From Opitutia bacterium KCR 482 (GTDB lineage: Bacteria > Verrucomicrobiota > Verrucomicrobiia > Opitutales > Intestinicryptomonadaceae), in assembly GCA_029269845.2 (NCBI GenBank), contig CP149973.1, positions 1,020,001 to 1,052,000 of the forward strand: 32,000 nucleotides of DNA, written 5' to 3'. Below the pieces are notes generated by a model. The model worked only from the letters and a program-made list of their open reading frames with translations. It was not told the DNA's origin and did not search any database. Every line of letters starts with the position of its first letter. Position 1 is the stretch's first letter. This document shows, piece by piece, positions 9,301-15,031 of this stretch. The translations under genes were made by a program, and so were the position numbers.

Positions 9301-9729
9301 AAGGATTGCCGTCGGGAACGTGCGGCTGCCCCACCAGTTGTTGTAGTCGCCCGAAAAGTCGCCGTTGAGCACGGGCTTTCCGTCTATTGCGATGTCGTCG
9401 TAGGCGACGGTGAGCATTTCGGTCTTTCCGCCGTGCGAGCGGCGCAGAGCCGAGATGAAAAGCAGAACCGAGCCGTCGAAATCAGCCTTGAACTTGAAGC
9501 CCGCGGTTTCCCAATCCTCCGACTTGTTTTTATAGTAGTAGTCCACTAGCGAAACGCGCCTGCCGGAAACTTTGACATCGCCGACGGAGGCGCGTCCGCC
9601 GCGCGTGGCTTTCGCCTCGAAGCCGCATATTTTTTCCGCCTGCACGATTAACCGCGCCTCGGAATCGAACCCAAAGGCCGCGCCCGCAGACAGCAACAGC
9701 GCGGCAAACATATATAGACATTTTTTCAT
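6370..9729 (-). CDS. Large exported multidomain protein, putative clan GH-A (TIM-barrel) glycoside hydrolase with N-terminal beta-sandwich/CBM-like regions
   Basis: I chose the start MKKCLYMFAALLLSAGAAFG, a signal peptide. The central region has a GH-A-like layout, with a candidate acid/base in AEYYNELA and a candidate nucleophile in FFVTEYNH. Length 1119 aa. The hydrolase family is not resolved. Confidence 0.65.
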   Translation of the reverse strand: MKKCLYMFAALLLSAGAAFGFDSEARLIVQAEKICGFEAKATRGGRASVGDVKVSGRRVSLVDYYYKNKSEDWETAGFKFKADFDGSVLLFISALRRSHGGKTEMLTVAYDDIAIDGKPVLNGDFSGDYNNWWGSRTFPTAILSETAADGKQNKFLRAWCNSYLVQRIPVAKGVEYEITFRTKPLGKIDIDRGECLPLDISKYSNFNLSDFSIWKFPYNLSEIGKANGNFGGIKFDLIKRPDGKGFGGVLFASKNNANAAKKITVDRKIAGKYIYILHTSVRSSKSEPPTAKVNMKLYDGTEASYTLRRYRDTWFFDDSGEINNNARPVFYAKPDKKLGAVYLSRIDMPDGAALKSLEIETERGDAFLLLGITVGDKQVAKCNIEPFDKKEWVAVDIPEDIYVREGSALDQSRFFDSAPAGTYGRVILSERGTLAFEKTPEKDVRFKGFSEYSLSHFLKFPQEKRTEEIKRYAKSFKTHGYNFARISFEILRDDMSDIEREALYDTADRLLYELKKNGVYVHLTLTWYKMGLKDYDFHIRDDVKLRAVFGEPKVRAQWAKNATYVLNHFNPYTGMRWKDDPMFVCAEYYNELAICYSRMDESRKFHPSDKILPETRAFVMDKWRGWLEKRYKGDISALNAAWDKIFSKKGKFAYKSFAEVPCIVAGNDDWERCCWDFMADFVAFAEKTVDATGYKGLKVQNNLGPNVYGTYIRSKTTDYVIANTYFAHPSSFDINNASCYQGNPLQSGAGYWRGIAAMKINNRPFFVTEYNHCYWNTFRYVMPAMFAPLSAFQNFSGLTIHSDAVPYAQRWSRTMGAFKVYPSPVAQANELVSSAAFIRGDVQPARHRIDIAVSDDFLQNNTRSVRAFNSSQTQYMLLTGFGAAFGGDVPKAVKGVKFRPADMTLSPVGSSEIVSEAWYHSVKDGGGAFDLEKFVSTMREKGILPPDNITDVKRGILQSDTGEITVDMKKCSMKVSTPRTEIAAMQSPTETRLGALKIVSADVPSSIGVVSLDGAKISDSSRLMFMFITREGNTDMALSYDKTASAYGGRVPMVMKKGTVRAELRLDPRSRYEVYPVALNGERRAKIPFEFSGGVMKIAIDNSKLPNGATPFFEIVKVK

Positions 9730-9769
9730 AATACACCCATTGGTTTTGAATAGCACTTGTACGGCAAAC

Positions 9770-9798
9770 AATTACCCGTTTTTGCCCCTTTGTGTCAA
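9770..9798 (-). promoter_or_regulatory. Candidate sigma70-like promoter for the 1119-aa gene
   Basis: On the minus strand: TTGACA (9793-9798), a 17-nt spacer, then GTAATT (9770-9775). This sits about 40 nt upstream of the ATG. The -10 match is weak. Confidence 0.3.
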
Positions 9799-9878
9799 TC
9801 AAACATTTGCGCAAAGAGCGCGAAAATTGCCCCCGTGGCGCGGCTCAAAACAAGGCGCACATTGCGCGGATTTCGCGC

Positions 9879-9924
9879 GGCAAATTTTTCTTCGGGCAAC
9901 ATGCAAGAAGCGGAGTTCCGCGCG
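9879..9924. repeat. Direct repeat copy 1 (about 46 bp, imperfect; identical 18-bp core at 9907-9924)
   Basis: GGCAAATTTTTCTTCGGGCAACATGCAAGAAGCGGAGTTCCGCGCG. The core GAAGCGGAGTTCCGCGCG recurs exactly at 9999-10016. Confidence 0.85.
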
Positions 9925-9974
9925 GCGGACATTTCCTCCGATACCGCGGAGAAAACATAATTCCCGTCAGGGCA

Positions 9975-10016
9975 GGCATTTTTTCGGACAACCCAAAGGA
10001 AGCGGAGTTCCGCGCG
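9975..10016. repeat. Direct repeat copy 2 (identical 18-bp core at 9999-10016)
   Basis: GGCATTTTTTCGGACAACCCAAAGGAAGCGGAGTTCCGCGCG. It is offset 92 bp from copy 1. The core contains the inverted repeat GCGGA-GT-TCCGC. Confidence 0.85.
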
Positions 10017-10047
10017 CAATTGCGCTTTAAAATGGGCGCGTGCGCAC

Positions 10048-10081
10048 AAAAAAGGCGGCACTCGCGCGAGTGCCGCCTTTT
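10048..10081. terminator. Bidirectional intrinsic terminator (serves the minus-strand discoidin-domain gene)
   Basis: 10-bp stem GGCGGCACTC / GAGTGCCGCC with loop GCGC. It is flanked by A6 upstream and T4 downstream, which reads as T6 on the minus strand. It starts about 16 nt after the stop at 10094. Confidence 0.8.
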
Positions 10082-10093
10082 AAAATCGGTGTA

Positions 10094-10729
10094 TTATCTG
10101 CCGAAGACTTCGACTTCGATATAGTGGTTCATATCGTTCGAAGTGTTGCCGTTCGAATAGAGGCGAACGTATCTGCCCTTGACGGGGGGATTTACAACCA
10201 TGAGCTTGCCGAGGTTTGTTTCGACGTATGCCTTGTTGTCGCCCTTGCCGAGCTTGGCGGAGTTGTCGTTGTCGTTATTGAAAACGGTCTTGACGCCGCT
10301 CTTGAACGCGGGGTCGTCGGAAATCTGGACGACTACGTCCTTGTAGGCGCGTTCCTGACTGTGGTAGTGCCAAACCGCGATTGCGAAGATTTCCGCGCTC
10401 TTTTCGAGGTCGATTTGAACCCACTGAAGCTTGTCGGCGAGTTCGACATACGAGCCTTCCGCCGCTTCCTTGTCGCCGTCGGTGATGAGTTCGAGTTCGC
10501 CGATGAGAGGGAAGTCGTCCGAAGACGTTACCTTCTTACCCTTTGCGATGTTCGAAACGTCGTCCGGAACGTTGGGTTCGGGATTCGGAGCTTTTGCTTC
10601 GAGGTTGTCGATTTTAATCGGCACGGGAGTTCCCGTCAGCTGCGAGCGGGGAACGTCGAGTTTAAGGGGCTTTGCGTAGGAGCAAAGCGCGGCGGCGAGC
10701 GCCACAAATGCGATGATTGTTTTTTTCAT
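10094..10729 (-). CDS. Exported discoidin / F5-8 type C (galactose-binding-like) domain protein
   Basis: Signal peptide MKKTIIAFVALAAALCSYA. ITDGDKE...LQWVQIDLEKSAEIFAIAVWHY...VVVQISDDP...GRYVRLYSNG...IEVEVFG matches the F5/8 type C pattern. Confidence 0.85.
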   Translation of the reverse strand: MKKTIIAFVALAAALCSYAKPLKLDVPRSQLTGTPVPIKIDNLEAKAPNPEPNVPDDVSNIAKGKKVTSSDDFPLIGELELITDGDKEAAEGSYVELADKLQWVQIDLEKSAEIFAIAVWHYHSQERAYKDVVVQISDDPAFKSGVKTVFNNDNDNSAKLGKGDNKAYVETNLGKLMVVNPPVKGRYVRLYSNGNTSNDMNHYIEVEVFGR

Positions 10730-10756
10730 TATATTTTCCTTTTGTATGAAATTTGG

Positions 10757-12124
10757 TTATGCGACAACGAAGTCGGAATCCGAGAACGTCGCGGGGCCGT
10801 TTGCGATGGCTTCGCGCGCCTTGAATACGGCGGCTTCGGCTTCGAACGCGTGTTCGGCGTCGCAGGAAAGTTTGTTTTCGCCGCGAACCGCGCCTACGAA
10901 GTTTTCGAGGTGGTACATATGAATCGGCTTTTCCGCGCTGAGTCCGGGTACTTTTTCGGGGAAGCTATAACCGACAAGAGCCTTTGTTTCGCGGGAGTCC
11001 GCAACCTTTGCGGAAGCCGCGCTTGCTTCGCCCGCGCCGATTGTACCGTTTTCGATAAGCGGCTTCCAGTCGGGAGCGTTGTTTTCGCGGAAAAGCTTTG
11101 TCAGAGCGGGATTTTCCGACATCTTCAATGTGCCGTTGTCGCCCATGAAAGATTCGAAATAGCCGCCGCCCGAGCTTGTCGTGGTGAGAACCTGATAGAA
11201 CACCTGAGCCTTTTTGCCCTGGAATGTCTTATCGAATTCAAAAATGCACATAACGTTGTCGTCCCAGTCGTGCGCGGGAGTGCCGTCCGCCTTCTTGTAG
11301 TAGTCGCGGTTGCCCGACGCCATTACGCGCGAGGGACGCGCTCCGAGCATCCAGCCGAAAATGTCGATTTGGTGCGCGCCCAAGTCGGAAATCGCGCCGC
11401 CGCCGAGACCCTTAGACCAGCGCCAGTTGAGGAACTGGTTCATGTCCTTGTAGCCGTACTTGTGGAGGATTTCCTGCGGAATGGCGTACTTCGGATTCTT
11501 GGGAGCGACGATGTCCTTGGAGACCGCTCTGTTCCACTGTCCGTTGCAGGCCATGATATTGCCGCAAATGTTGGCTTCGCGGAGGAGCTTTTCACGCGCG
11601 TAGATGTAGCGCGGGTTGCTCTTGCGCTGGTGGCCGATTTGCAGAAGCTTGCCGCTCTTGCGAGCCGCGCGAACCATTTTGCGCGCGCCTTCGAGAGTGT
11701 CGGACATCATCTTTTCGCAATAGACGTTGACGCCCGCTTCGAGGAAGTCAACCGTCATGGGCGCGTGCCAGAAGTCGGGAGTTGCGATGAACACCGCGTC
11801 GAGTTCCTTTGCGTGGTTCTTGATGAGGTCTTTATAGTCGATATAGCCCTTGGGGGTCTGTTTGAGCGTCTTCTTGATAAGCGCGCGCGCGTATTTCTGG
11901 TTGTACGCTTCCCAAATGTCGCAGATTGCCACGAAGTTGAGATTGGGCATTTTCAGGAGGCTTTGCAGAAGCACGCGGCCTTCCGCGCCGACGCCGACCA
12001 TGGCGATGTTGAGCTTTTTGCCCTCTTTCGCCGCAGCCGCGTTAAGCAGACCCGACGAGAGAACGAGACCGCCGCCCGCTACGCCTGCCGTTTTGAGAAA
12101 ATCTCTACGAGTAAAATCCTTCAT
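10757..12124 (-). CDS. Gfo/Idh/MocA family oxidoreductase with a twin-arginine (TAT) signal
   Basis: N-terminus MKDFTRRDFLKTAGVAGGGLVLSS is a TAT motif. IAMVGVGAEGR is a Rossmann GxGxxG-type segment, followed by the usual Gfo/Idh/MocA C-terminal domain. Length 455 aa. Confidence 0.9.
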   Translation of the reverse strand: MKDFTRRDFLKTAGVAGGGLVLSSGLLNAAAAKEGKKLNIAMVGVGAEGRVLLQSLLKMPNLNFVAICDIWEAYNQKYARALIKKTLKQTPKGYIDYKDLIKNHAKELDAVFIATPDFWHAPMTVDFLEAGVNVYCEKMMSDTLEGARKMVRAARKSGKLLQIGHQRKSNPRYIYAREKLLREANICGNIMACNGQWNRAVSKDIVAPKNPKYAIPQEILHKYGYKDMNQFLNWRWSKGLGGGAISDLGAHQIDIFGWMLGARPSRVMASGNRDYYKKADGTPAHDWDDNVMCIFEFDKTFQGKKAQVFYQVLTTTSSGGGYFESFMGDNGTLKMSENPALTKLFRENNAPDWKPLIENGTIGAGEASAASAKVADSRETKALVGYSFPEKVPGLSAEKPIHMYHLENFVGAVRGENKLSCDAEHAFEAEAAVFKAREAIANGPATFSDSDFVVA

Positions 12125-12153
12125 GATTGTGTAGTTGTATATTTTAATTGTAA

Positions 12154-12753
12154 TTATTTATTGCAGCCGCACTTGCAACCGCATTTGCATTTCACAAGCT
12201 CGAACTTGTTGTAGTCGGCAAGCAGGAGAGCGCCGACGATGAGAACCAAGTGCACGCCGAGATACGCGATACCCGCGGCGGCGTTCGGACCCATGGAGGG
12301 TTCGAGAATGATGAAGCCCCAAGTCAGCGAAATGTAGAGCAGACCCATGAGGAACAGCGAGACGCGCGTGCAGATGCCGAGCAACAGCGCAACGCCGAGG
12401 GCGATGAGCGCGTAGCCGAGAACGAACGCGTAGGGCTGAACCATGAACGAGGGCATGAGCGGGCTTGCGCTGAACGTATCGACGGTCATCGGACCTTTCG
12501 CCGGCAGACCGTGGTAGAACTGGAAGCCGAGGGCCTGAACGGTTTCGGTGACCTTTTCGACGGGCGGGCCGCCTGCGGCGTTCGACGCCATGTCTTGAAG
12601 AATGTCAACGTCGTCGGCGCTCAAACCGCCGGCGTCTTTGACGACTTCTTTTGTACCCTGGAACTTTGTAAGCCCCGTACCGATTGCGCGCGCGGCGAGC
12701 CAGAAGCGGAGCAGCCAAAATGCCATAGTGTATGTGAGATTGCTGAATTTCAT
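12154..12753 (-). CDS. Four-TM membrane protein (DoxX-like, tentative) with a Cys-rich C-terminal tail
   Basis: Four hydrophobic segments with a loop of about 75 aa after TM1. The C-terminus is ...ELVKCKCGCKCGCNK. Its stop lies 29 nt upstream of the oxidoreductase start. The DoxX assignment is from topology and overall feel only. Confidence 0.7.
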   Translation of the reverse strand: MKFSNLTYTMAFWLLRFWLAARAIGTGLTKFQGTKEVVKDAGGLSADDVDILQDMASNAAGGPPVEKVTETVQALGFQFYHGLPAKGPMTVDTFSASPLMPSFMVQPYAFVLGYALIALGVALLLGICTRVSLFLMGLLYISLTWGFIILEPSMGPNAAAGIAYLGVHLVLIVGALLLADYNKFELVKCKCGCKCGCNK

Positions 12754-12775
12754 TATTTTGTTTTCTATTTTAGTT

Positions 12776-12797
12776 AGTGAAATGAAAGTGAAATGAA
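12776..12797. repeat. Perfect tandem duplication of an 11-mer (AGTGAAATGAA x2)
   Basis: Read directly. It lies 23-44 nt upstream of the membrane-protein start codon (12753), inside an AT-rich leader. Confidence 0.85.
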
Positions 12798-12814
12798 TAT
12801 AATTTCAAAAGACG

Positions 12815-12842
12815 TTTATAAGACTACCCGGCCCGTTGTAAA
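12815..12842 (-). promoter_or_regulatory. Candidate sigma70-like promoter for the membrane-protein / oxidoreductase / discoidin operon
   Basis: On the minus strand: TTTACA (12837-12842), a 16-nt spacer, then TATAAA (12815-12820). This predicts a leader of about 55 nt. Confidence 0.4.
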
Positions 12843-13003
12843 GTTTTTTATGGGCGGGCGGCGCAAAAAACGCCGTTTTTAGCGTATTCGACACGCATGC
12901 GCCCGCGTTTGTTCGAAGCCTCCGCGGATTTTCCGCATACGATTGAACCGGGCGCGGACACGCGCCGCCGCGGGCGGAAAACGCCGCGCGGCTTGCGGAA
13001 ACG

Positions 13004-14044
13004 CTATTGGTTAGAGGTGTCGAACGCGGAGTCGAAGGCGATGTCGCTCGTGGGGAAGTCGAAGGACTTGACGCGCGCGCACGCTTCCGTAGCGCCGTGG
13101 ATTCTGTCCATTCTGCCGTCTTCCCATTCGACCGACAGCGGGCCCTTGTAGCCGATGTCGTTGAGGGCGACGATGATTTCCTCGAAGTTGATGTCGCCGT
13201 GTCCGATTGAGCGGAAGTCCCAGTAGCGGCGGGGGTCGCAGAAGTCGGTATGTCCGCCGAAGACGCCCGCCTCTCCCGTGCCGTGTCCCCACCAGACGTC
13301 TTTCATGTGGGCGTGGTAGATGCGGTCGGAGAATTTGCGGATAAACTTCACATAGTCTACGCCCTGATAGCCGAAGTGCGACGGGTCGTAGTTGAAACCG
13401 AAGCGCGGGTGGTTCTTGATTGCTTTGAGGGCGCGTTCGGCACTCGCGATGTCGAACGCGATTTCCGTCGGGTGGACTTCAAGCGCGAAGTTTACGCCCT
13501 CCGCGTCGAAAGCGTCCATGATGGGCGTCCAGCGTTTCGCGAAGTCTTCGTAGCCGGCGTTAATCATTTCCTGCGACGCCGGCGGAAAAGAGTACAGATA
13601 CTGCCAAATGGACGAGCCGGTGAAACCCGTTACCGTCGGCGGAAGCGGGGAGTCCGCAAGAGACTTCGGACGCATCGACATGAATTTTTTGCAGACTTTC
13701 GCGGTGCGAACCATCTCGGCCGCCGCGCGCTGGCGCACGCCTTCGGGATTGCCGTCGCCCCAGATAGAGTCGGGCATCATTGCGCGGTGGCGCGAGTCGA
13801 TATTGTCGCAAACGCACTGCCCCACGAGGTGGTTGGAAAGGGCGAAGCAGTTAAGGCCGTTTGCCTCCAAAATGTCCCAACGGCTTTTGAGGTAGGCTTC
13901 GTCGTCGGCTTTCGCCATGTCGAAATGGTTTTGCGTGAGCGCTATTTCCAAGCCCTGATAGCCCATTTTCTTCGCCAGCGGCGCGAGGTCTTCGAGCTTC
14001 ATGTCGGCCCACTGTCCCGTGAACAGAGTGATGAATCTTGCCAT
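13004..14044 (-). CDS. Sugar phosphate isomerase/epimerase family protein (xylose-isomerase-like TIM barrel), no signal peptide
   Basis: I chose the start [14 protein letters not shown], preceded by an AAAGGA RBS. Metal-ligand-type motifs LEVHPTE, NYDPSH, HAHMKD and SVEWED are present. The ORF-track start at 14299 is an upstream extension. Confidence 0.9.
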   Translation of the reverse strand: MARFITLFTGQWADMKLEDLAPLAKKMGYQGLEIALTQNHFDMAKADDEAYLKSRWDILEANGLNCFALSNHLVGQCVCDNIDSRHRAMMPDSIWGDGNPEGVRQRAAAEMVRTAKVCKKFMSMRPKSLADSPLPPTVTGFTGSSIWQYLYSFPPASQEMINAGYEDFAKRWTPIMDAFDAEGVNFALEVHPTEIAFDIASAERALKAIKNHPRFGFNYDPSHFGYQGVDYVKFIRKFSDRIYHAHMKDVWWGHGTGEAGVFGGHTDFCDPRRYWDFRSIGHGDINFEEIIVALNDIGYKGPLSVEWEDGRMDRIHGATEACARVKSFDFPTSDIAFDSAFDTSNQ

Positions 14045-14310
14045 AATTTGTCCTTTATATATTAGTGTTTGCTTTGATGAAAATATCCGCGGCGGGCAAG
14101 CTGCGCGTCGCCCGTCTGTTGGTTGAAAAGTTAGGGTGGCGCGCGAAAGTTTCAAGCTATTTTTTCCGCAAAGCCCGAAAAAACCGCCGTCGGAGCGTCG
14201 CGCGTGGCGCGGGAGGAAGGGGGCGATAAAAAAGGTTGATTTCGGCGAAAATAAATCCACTATTGTGGGGAAAAGTATTTGACAAGAAACACAAAACACG
14301 AATTCACATC

Positions 14311-14643
14311 ATGGAAATCACCCAAGAAAAAGTAAACGACGTTGCCGTAATTTCGCTCAGCGGCAGACTCAATGTCACAACCACGTCAGAGCTGGAACAA
14401 GTCTTTACAAAGCTTCTCGAAGAAAATCAGGCAAAAGTTCTCGTCGAATGCTGCGAGCTTGAATATATCAGTAGCGCGGGCTTGCGCGTCCTGCTCACGG
14501 CGGCGAAGCAGTTCAAGAAGATTTCGGGCGAAATCGCGCTTGCGGGGCTTAGCCAGAACGTAAAGCAGGTTTTCGAAATCTCCGGCTTCACGAGCATTTT
14601 CCCGATTTACTCTACGCGCGACGAAGCAATCAAAGCCCTGTAA
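14311..14643 (+). CDS. STAS-domain anti-sigma-factor antagonist (SpoIIAA/RsbV-like)
   Basis: MEITQEKVNDVAVISLSGRLNVTTTSELEQ...ELEYISSAGLRVLL...VFEISGFTSIFPIY. It has the conserved phosphorylatable Ser context (ISSAGL). Length 110 aa. Confidence 0.9.
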   Translation: MEITQEKVNDVAVISLSGRLNVTTTSELEQVFTKLLEENQAKVLVECCELEYISSAGLRVLLTAAKQFKKISGEIALAGLSQNVKQVFEISGFTSIFPIYSTRDEAIKAL

Positions 14644-14673
14644 AGCAAACGGCACAACATTCAGAATCCGAAA

Positions 14674-14701
14674 CCGACGCGCTTCAAGCCGTCGGTTTTT
14701 T
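14674..14701 (+). terminator. Intrinsic terminator after the STAS gene
   Basis: CCGACG (14674-14679) pairs with CGTCGG (14690-14695) around a 10-nt loop, followed by T6. Confidence 0.7.
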
Positions 14702-14704
14702 GTT

Positions 14705-14931
14705 CCCGCCCGCCGCGCAAAAACAATGCCGACGCGCTCCGCAAGATAAATCGCGCCCTACCCCGCCCGCGCAAAGCAAGAGCTACCGTCTGCCGCGCCT
14801 TTCCCCGCAAGGAACGCCGCAACTCACGCGCCATGCTCTCCGCCAAGCCACACGCGCCCGCAACGTCCATACGCGCCGCCCCGCCCGCCGCGCAACCCGA
14901 CAAGCATTTCGGCTTCCGCCCCGCCCGCGCC
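14705..14931 (+). repeat. C-rich spacer carrying four copies of a CCCGCCCGC(CG)CGCAA-type motif
   Basis: An exact 16-mer CCCGCCCGCCGCGCAA occurs at 14705-14720 and 14880-14895. Shorter variants are CCCCGCCCGCGCAA at 14761-14774 and CCCCGCCCGCGCC at 14919-14931. Confidence 0.8.
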
Positions 14932-14980
14932 GATTGCCGAGCGCGTTAAATTTCGAAAATCCTCGCAGATTCCTGCCGAC

Positions 14981-15010
14981 AAAAAAAGCGTCCCGCAAAG
15001 GACGCTTTTT
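14981..15010. terminator. Bidirectional intrinsic terminator (serves the minus-strand exported TIM-barrel gene)
   Basis: A7, then stem GCGTCC / GGACGC with loop CGCAAA, then T5. It lies about 22 nt beyond the stop at 15032. Confidence 0.8.
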
Positions 15011-15031
15011 CGCAAATGCGCAACCGCGAAT

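Noticed and set aside
10040-12214. 724-aa + strand ORF
   Set aside because: It is antisense and codon-aligned to the discoidin and Gfo/Idh/MocA genes, both of which have clear family motifs, signal peptides and RBS context. Its translation is Arg/Val/Ala/Phe-rich low-information sequence and runs straight through the intergenic gaps.
12850-12880. Terminator-like hairpin CGGCG-CAAAAAA-CGCCG followed by T5 on the + strand
   Set aside because: The stem is only 5 bp, and the orientation is wrong: both flanking genes are on the minus strand, and no T-tract follows on that strand. It is probably fortuitous.
13004-14299. N-terminal extensions in the ORF track (13004-14299, 15032-16096, 22443-23879, 26243-29554, 6370-9771, 5286-6218, 15988-17475, 14236-14643, 2271-2813, 2720-3439)
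   Set aside because: The upstream parts have non-coding-like composition. Internal ATGs coincide with RBS-like AGGA motifs, signal peptides, canonical family N-termini or ATGA overlaps. I trimmed these genes to the internal starts.
14700-14935. G-quadruplex potential on the minus strand of the C-rich spacer
   Set aside because: G-runs are present (for example GGGCGGGGTAGGG). I could not find four suitably spaced runs of at least 3 G in one compact unit without generous loops. This is too speculative without a dedicated predictor.
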